Assembly: GCA_963783845.1 (NCBI GenBank)
Contig: CAWAPL010000028.1
Span: 25,498-89,497 of the forward strand
Length of the DNA: 64,000 nt
Direction: 5' to 3'
DNA from: an uncultured Phycisphaerales bacterium
Lineage (GTDB): Bacteria > Planctomycetota > Phycisphaerae > Tepidisphaerales > Tepidisphaeraceae
The translations under genes were made by a program, and so were the position numbers. How positions within the stretch are numbered: position 1 is the stretch's first letter; each line of letters starts with the position of its first letter. The notes under the pieces were generated by a model. That model saw only the letters and a list, made by a program, of their open reading frames with translations. It did no database searches and was not told the DNA's origin. Below are positions 8,906 through 18,061 of the stretch, one piece after another.

Positions 8906-9640
8906 ATGTCGAAAGAACTCAAAACACCATTCATTTCCGGGGCGACGGTATATGCCGTCATCCTGGATGCCGCGGGCCAGGCGTGGCGTGCGGATAGCGG
9001 GGTCTTCGAGCCGCCGCTGGCCGTGGATTGGGCCCATTACGCAAATGGCGCCACGGAACAATCCACCACCGGCATCTACGAGGGGGATTTTCCGGCCGCG
9101 ATCGCGACGGCCGGCGCGTATCACGTGCTATTCCGGCAGCAGTCGGGGAGCTCTCCTGCATCCACCGATCAGCCGAGCGGCATGATCGGCGGAACGATCT
9201 ACTGGACCGGCACGGCAGAGTCGTTTCCGCTGGCCTCGAGCGCCTCAAGCGCGGCGAGTGTTGCGATGAACGGCGGCAACGTGAATGTGAACGTCACCCA
9301 GTGGAACGGCACGGCCGTCTCGCTGAATGGCGGATTGCCGAACGTGAATGCGGGAGACGCCGGCGCCGGCGGCGGTCCGATCGCGATCAATCACAACACC
9401 GGCGGAACCGACAATCTCCGATACGTTAACAGCAGCGGCAATGGCGTTGAAGGGGCCCGGGTGCTGATTTACCTGGCGACGAATTGGCCGTCGCAGCCCG
9501 ATCTTGTCCAAGCCGCGGCGGCGACGGGTCCGGATGGCCGCTGGCTGTCGCCGGCCTACGTTCAAAGCGGGACGTACGTCGCCGTCTTCACGAAAATCGG
9601 CGCCGACGGGCCGGATGTGTCGGCCGCGTTTTCGGTTTAG
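8906..9640 (+). CDS. Phage-block structural protein with a carboxypeptidase-regulatory-like C-terminal beta-sandwich (tentative)
   Basis: ATG 8906 within ORF 8579..9640. C-terminus is GARVLIYLATNWPS...TGPDGRWLSPAYVQSGTYVAVFTKIG. Confidence 0.55.
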   Translation: MSKELKTPFISGATVYAVILDAAGQAWRADSGVFEPPLAVDWAHYANGATEQSTTGIYEGDFPAAIATAGAYHVLFRQQSGSSPASTDQPSGMIGGTIYWTGTAESFPLASSASSAASVAMNGGNVNVNVTQWNGTAVSLNGGLPNVNAGDAGAGGGPIAINHNTGGTDNLRYVNSSGNGVEGARVLIYLATNWPSQPDLVQAAAATGPDGRWLSPAYVQSGTYVAVFTKIGADGPDVSAAFSV

Positions 9641-9694
9641 ATCAGCGGGACCCCGCCAGGCCGCGGGGGTTAAACGGTTTGAAAGGGATGGCCC

Positions 9695-10141
9695 ATGCCT
9701 GTTACCGCGACCCCCATCAGCGACGGCTCAGCCTCTGGACGCTACGCCGCCCAGGGCGATGTCGAATCTCAGTTTGGCATCGACAACGTGCGCGTCTGGT
9801 CGCAGTTGGATAATTCGCAAACCACCGCGGACGTGTCGCGCATTCAACAGGCGCTGGATTTTGCCGACGGCAAGATCATCAGCGCGTTCGCGAATTTCGG
9901 GAATTACGTCACGCCGCTCGCCCCGATCGGGACGGATGCGGCCTTGGTTACGCGGTGGGCGGCGGTGATTGCCGGGGCTTGGTTGTATCAATCGCGCGGG
10001 CTGCGTGATGACGGCTCCGAGGGCGATCGCATTGCACAATTGCAGTCGCAGGTGGAGGCGGAAATGCTTCGCTATCGCGGCAACGAAAAACTCAATGCCG
10101 CGCGCCGCTGGCCGGCCGCGACGGCGCCGGTCGGGTATTAG
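9695..10141 (+). CDS. DUF1320 / Mu gp36-like head-tail adaptor (tentative)
   Basis: 148 aa: YAAQGDVESQFG..NVRVWSQLDN...SRIQQALDFADGKIISAFANFGNYVTPL...TRWAAVIAGAWLYQSRG follows the gp36-like pattern as I recall it. Confidence 0.55.
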   Translation: MPVTATPISDGSASGRYAAQGDVESQFGIDNVRVWSQLDNSQTTADVSRIQQALDFADGKIISAFANFGNYVTPLAPIGTDAALVTRWAAVIAGAWLYQSRGLRDDGSEGDRIAQLQSQVEAEMLRYRGNEKLNAARRWPAATAPVGY

Positions 10142-10161
10142 GCCGCGGGGACAATTCAAAA

Positions 10162-10679
10162 ATGACCGTCGAAACCGTGGCCATTGACAGCCTCTCTCCG
10201 GACCCGGCCAACGCGCGAAGCACGGGGCGCGGAACCTCGATGCGATCGTGGCGAGTTTGCGGCGGTTCGGACAGCAAAAGCCGATCGTCGTCGATTCGCG
10301 CGGAGTGGTCCGGGCGGGCAACGGCCAGCTTGCCGCGGCCAAGACGCTCGGCTGGTCGCACATCAAGATCGTCCGTTCCGATCTTCCGGCGACGGAACTG
10401 GCGGCCTACGCCATCGCCGACAATCGCTCGGCCGAATTGGCTGAATGGGACGCGACGACCCTGAGCAGCCTTCTTTCCGGCGGGGAACTGGGCGACGTTG
10501 GCTTTACAGACGACGAATTGCAAAAGTTCGCCGATGACGCGGGAGAAGGCGTTGAAGCGGCAACTGAGATTGACCCTTTGTTTGAAGTCGTTGTCGAGTG
10601 TCGCGATGAAGGTGGGCAGAAGCAATTGTACGAGCGGCTGACGGCCGAGGGATTTTCATGCCGACTGTTCACGCTGTAG
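10162..10679 (+). pseudogene. ParB-like nuclease-domain protein, frame-disrupted as sequenced (shift near 10215)
   Basis: ORF 10162.. reads MTVETVAIDSLSPDPANAR. Another frame continues KHGARNLDAIVASLRRFGQQKPIVVDSRGVVRAGNGQLAAAKTLGW (ORF 10248..10679). Together they form a complete ParB N-terminal domain. Confidence 0.8.
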
Positions 10680-11812
10680 TCGAGTGCCCGTTGCGCGACA
10701 GCTTTCGCGTCCGACAGGTGGCCGGGATGTTTGATCTGCCGGTGGGGTCCGGATCTCACCTCTCCTTCACGGTCGAACTGCCGTCGCTGCAGGAGGCGTG
10801 GAGCATCGGCGTGATCGTCGGGCCGAGCGGCTCGGGCAAAACAACGGTTGCGCGACAGGCCTTCGGCGATCGGATGGCTCAACATTGGGATTGGCCCGCC
10901 GATCAGAGCATCCTGGACGGCTTTCCGGCGAACATGGGTGCTACGGACATCACGCGGTTGCTGGGAAGCGTGGGCTTTAGTTCGCCTCCGGCGTGGATGC
11001 GGCCGTTTCACCTTCTCAGCAACGGCGAGCAGTTCCGAGTCAGCGTCGCTCGGACGCTGGCGGAAATGCCCGAGTTGGCGGTCGTGGATGAATTCACCAG
11101 CGTTGTGGATCGGACGGTGGCACGGATCGGCTCGAGCGCCATCAGCCGGGCGGTGCGCCGTATGGGCCGCAGGTTCATCGCGGTGACCTGCCATTACGAT
11201 GTACTTCCGTGGCTGGAGCCGGACTGGGTTTTGGATATGGCCGACGGGTCGCTGTCCCGTTCGACAGGCTCAGGGCAGGCACGGGGGTTGCTTCGGCGAC
11301 CGCAAATCGACCTGGAAATCGTGCGATGCAATACGTCGGCGTGGAAGTTATTCGGCCATCATCACTATTTGAGCGGCCAACTTCATCCGGGAGCCCAATG
11401 CTTTGCCGGGCTGGTAGAAGGGCGGCCGGCGGCGTTCGTGGCGGTTTTACCATTTCCGCATCCGGTGCGATCGGGCTGGCGCGAGCATCGCTGTGTTTGC
11501 CTGCCGGATTTTCAGGGCGTGGGAATCGGCAATGCCATGAGTGAATTTGTCGCGTCGTTGTTCGCGGCCACGGGCAAGCCGTACCGGAGCGTGACCAGCC
11601 ATCCGGCGATGATCCATCACCGGGCGAGGTCGCCGCACTGGCGTATGAGCCGATCTCCCTCGCGCATTCGGCGGGGGCATCGAAGAAACAATCGAATGGC
11701 CGCGTTGGACAAGACGCTCAGCAGCAGGCGGTTGACGGCGAGTTTCGAATACGTCGGCGAGGCGCGCGGCGAGATGACGGCGAGATTTGGGATTGGCCAG
11801 CCTGGGGGGTAA
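10658..11812 (+). CDS. ABC-type ATPase fused to a GNAT-like acyltransferase domain (COG2401-like)
   Basis: Walker A GPSGSGKT, ABC signature-like LSNGEQFRVSVAR, Walker B LAVVDEFTSVVD. C-terminal half has ...REHRCVCLPDFQGVGIGNAMSEFVA (GNAT Q/RxxGxG/A-like). It overlaps the ParB-like stop. Confidence 0.7.
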   Translation: MPTVHAVVECPLRDSFRVRQVAGMFDLPVGSGSHLSFTVELPSLQEAWSIGVIVGPSGSGKTTVARQAFGDRMAQHWDWPADQSILDGFPANMGATDITRLLGSVGFSSPPAWMRPFHLLSNGEQFRVSVARTLAEMPELAVVDEFTSVVDRTVARIGSSAISRAVRRMGRRFIAVTCHYDVLPWLEPDWVLDMADGSLSRSTGSGQARGLLRRPQIDLEIVRCNTSAWKLFGHHHYLSGQLHPGAQCFAGLVEGRPAAFVAVLPFPHPVRSGWREHRCVCLPDFQGVGIGNAMSEFVASLFAATGKPYRSVTSHPAMIHHRARSPHWRMSRSPSRIRRGHRRNNRMAALDKTLSSRRLTASFEYVGEARGEMTARFGIGQPGG

Positions 11813-11905
11813 CGCCCCTTGGCCGCTGGCGTCACGGATCAAGTTTGGAACCTAGATGAACTGCTGGCGGCAATTCGAAGCAAACAATGACAGTCTGTTA
11901 ATCTC

Positions 11906-11932
11906 AAAAATTCCGTCTACAACGGAATTTTT
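11906..11932. terminator. Perfect 11-bp inverted repeat with A5/T5 arms (bidirectional terminator-like)
   Basis: AAAAATTCCGT-ctaca-ACGGAATTTTT, located about 95 nt after the ATPase/GNAT stop at the start of an AT-rich tract. Confidence 0.5.
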
Positions 11933-12150
11933 ACCATATTCGATGAAACGAAAAACCTAGTCGGTACTGTATTTATGATAAAGGAATGAACAAATACCCT
12001 TTCGGGTACATTTTCGCTTGACACATTTCGGTTAACTACCGATAATATAAGGAGTAAAGCCAATTTTGGATGGTGACAGTGAGGCAGAATTTTCACGAGT
12101 GCCACGGACGATACATGCCCCACGACGACGATATGTAGACCAACCCGTGG

Positions 12151-12399
12151 ATGGGTGAATCTATGGCGCTTGAAACAGAACAAAAAACATACGAACGCGA
12201 AAAATCGCAACTACTCCCAAGGGCCGGGAAGTTTGTGTTGATTAGCGGGGAACAGGTCGTCGGTGTCTACGACACCTATGCCGATGCCCTGAAATTTGGA
12301 TACGACAAATTTGGTCTACAGCCGTTTATGGTGAAGAGGATTGAGGCCCCCGAAACGATACACTGCTTCACCCGGAATATCGCGGCATGCCCCACCTAA
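12151..12399 (+). CDS. DUF5678-like small protein (partner of the downstream aspartic protease)
   Basis: 82 aa: GKFVLISGEQVVGVYDTYADALKFGYDKFGLQPFMVKRI. It overlaps the next gene by 13 nt. Visibly lower GC than the flanks. Confidence 0.55.
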   Translation: MGESMALETEQKTYEREKSQLLPRAGKFVLISGEQVVGVYDTYADALKFGYDKFGLQPFMVKRIEAPETIHCFTRNIAACPT

Positions 12400-12824
12400 G
12401 TGTTCCCTTTTCTAGCGGTGCATGTCTGCTCGATATTTGGGTTGGCGTAAGCGAGCAGCGCGAAGCCGCAATTAAAGCTGCTGGGCAACCTGTGCCGCCG
12501 CCAATTCGCCTGCGGGCAATGATAGATACGGGCGCTAGTGGAACGGCTATAGACGAAGATGCAATTGTGCCGTTAGGGCTTTCTCCGACTGGGAAGATTC
12601 AGATTCACACGCCATCGACAGGACCAGCACCGATATTGGCCAACCAATATGACGTGCTTCTGGGGATTTATCATCCCACGTTTAGCCTTGTCCTCGGCAC
12701 CGTTCCGGTGATTCACTCGGACCTCAAGGCCATGGGCATTGCGGCCCTGCTTGGCCGAGACGTGCTCTCGAAATGCCTGCTGATCGTCGATGGGCAATCT
12801 GGATCGTTTACGCTAGCATTCTGA
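12387..12824 (+). CDS. Retropepsin-like (clan AA) aspartic protease
   Basis: 145 aa with the catalytic MIDTGASGTAID (DTG) motif and a C-terminal LLGRDVL flap/dimer motif typical of bacterial retropepsin-like proteins. Confidence 0.75.
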   Translation: MPHLSVPFSSGACLLDIWVGVSEQREAAIKAAGQPVPPPIRLRAMIDTGASGTAIDEDAIVPLGLSPTGKIQIHTPSTGPAPILANQYDVLLGIYHPTFSLVLGTVPVIHSDLKAMGIAALLGRDVLSKCLLIVDGQSGSFTLAF

Positions 12825-12924
12825 AGTTCGCAAGTCGCTCGTTTTCAAATGATGCTCTAGCGCCCCATAGCGGCCATCTCATGCGCGGGTGGTTTGCCTC
12901 GGTCGGCGCACTCCAGTTGGGTAG

Positions 12925-12988
12925 GGTGGGCGTAGTCGCCCACCGTTTGCTCGCGCGGGGGGTCGAACGGTGGGCGAGTGCGCCCACC
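12925..12988 (+). repeat. Two copies of an 8-bp-stem GC hairpin (GGTGGGCG-N4-CGCCCACC)
   Basis: Hairpins at 12925-12944 (loop TAGT) and 12969-12988 (loop AGTG) with identical stems, 34 nt upstream of the terS start. Confidence 0.7.
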
Positions 12989-13021
12989 CAACATCGCTTT
13001 AAAATGTCGGCGAGGTGAACG

Positions 13022-13369
13022 GTGAAATCGCAAGGCGATTCCGAATCGGGAGCGGAACCGGACGATCCGTCGGAAGCGTTGGGCCGGGAGATTCACAAAC
13101 TGGCTCTAAACGGGGCGACGAATCGTGACATCAGCGAGGTGTTGAAAATCAATGAGGTGGCGCTCGAAGAAAGATTTGGAGCGGTGCTGGTTGGGGCGCG
13201 GGCGAGCCGGAGGATTTTATTGCGGGGGAAACAAACGGAGGTGGCTGTGAAAGGAGGAAATCCCGCGATGCTTTCTTTGTTGGGGAAAAATGAGCTTGGA
13301 CAAGGGAGAGCTACTACCGCCGGCAAGACTCCTCGGCCTGAACCGGAATTGGAGCCCAAGGTGGGTTGA
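13022..13369 (+). CDS. Terminase small subunit (HTH type)
   Basis: 115 aa with a GTG start. NGATNRDISEVLKINEVALEERF is HTH-like. LRGKQTEVAVKGGNPAMLSLLGKNELGQ resembles the conserved TerS C-terminal box. It sits immediately upstream of TerL. Confidence 0.65.
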   Translation: MKSQGDSESGAEPDDPSEALGREIHKLALNGATNRDISEVLKINEVALEERFGAVLVGARASRRILLRGKQTEVAVKGGNPAMLSLLGKNELGQGRATTAGKTPRPEPELEPKVG

Positions 13370-14628
13370 GCTTCGGCCGCATGTGGAACAGTTGCGGCTG
13401 TGGCACGACCAGACGCGATTCAAGCTGGTTACGGCGGGCCGGCGCAGCGGGAAGACGGAACTGGCGAAGCGGCGGCTCGTTGAGCATCTGTTTCGGCGGA
13501 CATGGCATGGCCGGCCGGGCTTTTACTTCGCGGCCGCGCCGACGGTGGAGCAGGCGAAACGGATTTTCTGGGACGACTTGAAGGCATTGGTTTGGGAGGA
13601 TTGGATCGGCTCGATTAACGAGACGGATTTGCGGATCGAGACGACGAAGGGGGCGCAGCTTTGGGTGCATGGGATGGAGAAGCCGCAGCGGGTCGAGGGG
13701 AGCCCATGGGACGGCTGCGTGATTGACGAGATCGCGAATTGCAGGCCGAACGTGTGGGATGCGCACATTCGGCCGGCGCTGGCGGATCGTCGGGGCTGGG
13801 CGTGGCTGATCGGAGTGCCGGACGTTCGATTCGATGGGGCAGGAGACCTACGAGGGGTTGGTTGTCGCGGCGCAAAGCGGAGCGAACGACGAGTGGAGGT
13901 GTTTCAATTGGCCGTCGAGCGACATCCTGAGTCCGGAGGAGATTGAGTCGGCGCGTCGGCGGTTGGACCCGCTCGTCTTCGAGCAGGAATATCTTGGGCG
14001 GTTCGTGGGAGCGCGCGGCAGCGCGTTCGCGAATTTCGATCCGGCGATCCATGTGAAACCGACGGCATACGACCCGTCGCTGCATATTTGCTGGTCGCTG
14101 GATTTCAACGTCAATCCGATGTGCAGCGGGGTGTTGCAGCATAGCCGCAAACTGGTGCGCGTGATCGAGGAGTTTTCGCTGGCGAACGCCGATACGGACA
14201 CGGCGTGCGACGCGTTTCTGGAACGGGCGACGGTTCGGGGTTGGAATTTACGGGACATGGCGGTTTATGGGGACGCCAGCGGATCGGCCCGGCATAGCTG
14301 CGCGAGCGAATCCGATTGGGATATCGTGAGGCAGCGGCTTGGGCATCTTTCGCCGCGGCTGAATGTGCCGGCGAGCAATCCGCGAGTGAAAGACACGATG
14401 AACGCGGTGCGGGCGGTCATTCGCTCGGCGGGCGGCGGAACGCGGCTGTCGATCGATCCCAAATGCATCAGGTTGATCCGGGACCTGCGTCAGTCGCCGG
14501 CAACAAATCAGGGGACGGCACAGGAGCCGTATCACGCGCTCGCCTGGTTGCGCTATTTCGTGTGGTGGGAATATCCAATCGAGCGGCCGGTGAGAGCGGG
14601 CAGCGCGGGAATCGGGTTTTCAAAATAA
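13290..14628 (+). pseudogene. Terminase large subunit, frame-disrupted as sequenced (shift within 13810-13835)
   Basis: ORF 13290..13946 has Walker A-like TAGRRSGKTE and Walker B/coupling WDGCVIDEIANC. ORF 13834..14628 carries the nuclease half (LDFNVNPMC..., VYGDASG). Confidence 0.88.
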
Positions 14629-14639
14629 CACCGAGAAAC

Positions 14640-15955
14640 ATGAGCATGACAGAACCATCAACCAATTCACTCGATCCGCAGGTTGGCGAAGCTACGAGGC
14701 GGCAAACGATCGGCGCCACGATCGGCGGAATTCCGAGCTCCAGCGCGGCGGCGCTGGTCGGCTTCCTGCCCGCGGCGTCCGGGACCTATCTGACCTACCG
14801 GCAGATTTCCTCGCATCCGACCAATGCCCTGGTGCGCGGCATCGTGGCGGCGCCGATCGTGGCCAATACCTGGCGGTTCAAAAATGCCGCCAGGACGTGC
14901 CGGATGAATGGGCGGAGTTTGCACAACAGGCCCTGGGTCCGCTCCGGCAAGGCATCGTGCGGGATGCGCTGCGGGCGCTGGAATTCGGGTGGGCGGGTTT
15001 TGAGAAGATCTGGCAAATCCAGGACGGCCGCCGAATTCTGCGCCGGCTCAAGCCGCTGCTGTCTGATTGCACGGATATTCTGGTGGACGATCACGGCAAT
15101 CCAGCGGGACTGCTGAATCATCCGCCGGGTGGGGAGCCGGTTGCCCTCACCGCCGAAAAATATTTCCTCTACACCTACGATGGGGAGGCGGGCAATCCAT
15201 ACGGCCGATCGCGCCACGAGAACATTCGGCAGGCCTGGTCCGAGAGCGAGCAGATTCGCCAGCGACTGGCGCAATACATGAAGAAAATCTCGGGGATCGT
15301 GGTGCAGTTGCACTACCCCGAAGGCACGAGCCGCGACTCGGCCGGGGCGGAGCGACCCAATCAATGGCTCGGCCAACAGGTGCTCGATGCGGTTTCGTCC
15401 GGGCGCAGCGTGATGTTCCCCAACGGTTTTGCGTCGGCGAACGATCCGCGGATGGCGTACGAACTGGCGGGCAAAAGCCCGTGGCAGCTTTCGACGTTGG
15501 AAGTCCAGGGCGCCGATCACGCACCGGGGATGAAGGTGGTGCTGGAGTATTACGACGCCCTGATTTTCCGAGGTTGGCTGAGGCCGGAGCGGGCCGGGCT
15601 TGAATCCCGCCATGGAAGCAAGGCCGATGCGGAAACGCACACGGACACCGGCACGCTGGATTGCGAGCTGATCGATCGCGACATCGCGGATGCCGTCAGC
15701 CGGGACGTGGTGGACGAGCTGCTGATATTGAATTTTGGCCGGCAAGCTCGCGGGGCGTTGGCGATTGAGCCTGCGCCAATCGAAGCGGATTCACTCGGCG
15801 TTCTGCGGGGCGTTCTGGCGGCGCTGCTGGCTCGCGGCGCCGGCGAGGTGACGTCGAAGATCGACGGCGACTCTTTGCTCGATCAACTTTCGGTTCCGCG
15901 CGGCACAGTGACGTGGTGGGTCGAAGACAAGACGCGTCGAGGCCGACGCGGCTAA
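14640..15955 (+). pseudogene. Portal protein, frame-disrupted as sequenced (shift near 14890)
   Basis: ATG 14640 begins MSMTEPSTNS...ANTWRFK. This continues in ORF 14897..15955 (DVPDEWAEFAQQAL...GWAGFEKIW...). Size of about 438 aa and position after TerL fit a portal. Confidence 0.75.
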
Positions 15956-15996
15956 ACGGGGAACTCTTGGCGCGGACTTTTTCTGGAATCGGAAAT

Positions 15997-17190
15997 ATGA
16001 ATCGACCAACAAAACCATTTAAGCTGCACGCGTCGGCGCTTTCGCCGGATGCTTCAGTAACGCCTGCGGAGGCTTCGCCTTCCGCGGCCGGCGATTTGCC
16101 GGCCGAGGTTGCCGGTCAGCCCGCCACATATCTCTGGAAGGACATGATCCACACTGGAACGTATGTCCATCCAACGCGAAAGTTTTCTTTGGCGGTGGAT
16201 CGCGACCGCCTTGGCCGCTGGGCCCAGACGGGTCAGAAGATGCTGGCGGCAGGAGTCGCCATTCCCATCAACTGCGATCACTCCGATTCGGCGCACGACG
16301 TGGTCGGATACGTCAAGGGATTCAAGCTGGATGACGATCGATTGCTGGGCTTGTGCCAGTTCATAGGAGACGACGCGGCCCTGACGGCGGCGCGAAATCT
16401 CGTCTCCGTCGGCATCGACCCGGATTTCACCGATGGCCAGGCTCGGCAGTGGGGGGAGGCGATCGTGCATCTGGCGCTGACGCCGGTGCCGGTCGTGTCC
16501 GATCAGGATCAGTTTGTCGAAGCCGAATCGGAGGGCGACGACGATGACGACGATTCGGTAGACGACGAGCAATCGCCGGAACTCGTTTTGGTGGCGGGTT
16601 CGTCGGATGAGGATGATGAGCCGGACGACTTGTCTTTGCCTTGCACGGCCGAGCAACTTCAAACGCTCCGCGGCCTGATCGGCGACGACTTTGACGCTGA
16701 AAGCGGCGTGGCGCGAATCATTCAATTGCTGCAATCGCCGAAGCAGAGCAACTCGACGGAAGACGAGTCGGAGGATTTGCAAGCGGAGTTGGCATCGGCA
16801 CGGGGCCAGATTCTGCAACTTTCGGCGCGGTTGCCGCCGGTGATGCCGCCGGAGGTTCAGGCCGCATTGGTTGAATCGGCGACGGCGAAATTCGATGCCG
16901 CGGTGGCGCGGGGGTCGTTGTCGCCTCCCGCTCGTGACCGGCTGGTGGCGACGCTCGTCGAAAGCAGCGAGGGGCGGGCAAACGTGATCGCTCTGTCACG
17001 CACGGCCAATTCCAGCGGCGATCGCTCCCTCGCACTGGCGGTAGGGGAAATTCTCCTCGACAACAATCCGATCGAACTTGGCGAAACGACCGGCCTGCAA
17101 GCGATGGCGAGGCATATTCCCGGGGAAGAGTCTTCGCCGATCGAACAGCTTCGCCAATACATGACAAAGATCGCGAGCGTGTCGGGGTAG
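15997..17190 (+). CDS. Mu gpI-like prohead protease / scaffold fusion (tentative)
   Basis: ATG 15997. The N-terminal INCDHSDSAHDVVGYVKGFKLDDDRLLGLCQFIGDDAA resembles the Mu-like protease box. An acidic linker (DDDDDDSVDDE, SSDEDDEPDD) and a helical scaffold-like C-terminus follow. Confidence 0.6.
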   Translation: MNRPTKPFKLHASALSPDASVTPAEASPSAAGDLPAEVAGQPATYLWKDMIHTGTYVHPTRKFSLAVDRDRLGRWAQTGQKMLAAGVAIPINCDHSDSAHDVVGYVKGFKLDDDRLLGLCQFIGDDAALTAARNLVSVGIDPDFTDGQARQWGEAIVHLALTPVPVVSDQDQFVEAESEGDDDDDDSVDDEQSPELVLVAGSSDEDDEPDDLSLPCTAEQLQTLRGLIGDDFDAESGVARIIQLLQSPKQSNSTEDESEDLQAELASARGQILQLSARLPPVMPPEVQAALVESATAKFDAAVARGSLSPPARDRLVATLVESSEGRANVIALSRTANSSGDRSLALAVGEILLDNNPIELGETTGLQAMARHIPGEESSPIEQLRQYMTKIASVSG

Positions 17191-17251
17191 GAGCCGGTCT
17201 GCAGTTCACGTTTTCCGAAAACGACAATTCATTTTCTTGGAAAGGACCACA

Positions 17252-17959
17252 ATGTTTTCGATTCCTCAAGGCAAACCAGGCGTGGTGGGCAATTATACGT
17301 CTCAGCCGCGCGAAGTGTTTTATTCCGGCCGGGAGTTTGCGCAGTTTTGGGCGCCGCCGGTGACGGTGGACGGCACGAATTCCAGCAATCCGCTCAATGC
17401 GCCGTACACGTGGCTGCTGTGGGCGGGCATGCCGATGGGGCGAGTCACCGCAACCGGGAAATATGCCAACAGCATTCTCGGGTTAAGCACGGCGGCGGCG
17501 GCGAGCGCGGCGACATCGGTGAGCACGGACGTGAACACGGCGGCGGAAATCGTACGCCGCATCGGCGCATCCGGCACGTTCAAGCTCACGGGCCCTGCCG
17601 CGACGGCGGGAACGGTAGCGACGCAGGTCGTCACCTATTCGGCGGTGAATGCCACCACGGGCGTCATCACGTGCACGGCGCTCTCGGCGGCGGCGGTCAG
17701 CGGTTCGCTGATCCAGCCGACCGATGGCAGCGAAACCATCCTCACGCTGTTGTGCGAGACCGATGGTCTGCAGATCGTTGACCAAACGCACACCAATCGC
17801 GTGGACGTTTTCTGCGGCACGTTGCTGGCCGGAGGCGGAACGATCAATACCGGCATGATCGTCAACTATCCTTCGGATCCCAGTTTGAAGGCGTACGTGA
17901 AGGCGTCGCTGCGGGCCATTTGTCCGGGCGTCTCCTTCCTGGATGACATCACGGGATAG
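17252..17959 (+). CDS. Head-associated protein (decoration-like, tentative)
   Basis: ATG 17252 with AAAGGA 6 nt upstream. 235 aa, Ala/Thr/Gly-rich and beta-type. Lies between the scaffold and the major capsid gene. Confidence 0.45.
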   Translation: MFSIPQGKPGVVGNYTSQPREVFYSGREFAQFWAPPVTVDGTNSSNPLNAPYTWLLWAGMPMGRVTATGKYANSILGLSTAAAASAATSVSTDVNTAAEIVRRIGASGTFKLTGPAATAGTVATQVVTYSAVNATTGVITCTALSAAAVSGSLIQPTDGSETILTLLCETDGLQIVDQTHTNRVDVFCGTLLAGGGTINTGMIVNYPSDPSLKAYVKASLRAICPGVSFLDDITG

Positions 17960-17968
17960 GGAAAGCCG

Positions 17969-18031
17969 AAATCTGAATCTCGAATTTCAGATTTCAGATT
18001 TCAGATTTCAAATCTCAAATTTCAAATTTCA
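17969..18031 (+). repeat. Nine tandem heptanucleotide repeats (RATYTCR; core GATTTCA/AATTTCA)
   Basis: aaatctg aatctcg aatttca gatttca gatttca gatttca aatctca aatttca aatttca. AT-rich, and ends 30 nt upstream of the capsid ATG. Confidence 0.9.
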
Positions 18032-18061
18032 ACACAATTTGCACTTTCAAGGACCATCATC

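Noticed and set aside
11917-12210. 97-aa minus-strand ORF in the AT-rich tract
   Set aside because: It lies in a non-coding-looking region of about 35% GC that contains terminator-like hairpins. Phe/Val/His-rich translation is typical of an AT-rich artefact. The plus-strand moron genes explain the adjacent region.
9728-16818. Several minus-strand ORFs of 170-320 aa inside the phage block (9728..10366, 10092..10625, 10406..11194, 13314..13766, 13615..14142, 14795..15745, 16054..16818)
   Set aside because: All are antisense to plus-strand genes with clear phage or ATPase motifs, and all have Arg-rich shadow-ORF composition.
17969-18031. The heptamer array considered as a CRISPR or minisatellite-like array
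   Set aside because: The repeat unit is 7 nt with no spacers, so it is not CRISPR. It is retained only as a tandem repeat or regulatory candidate.
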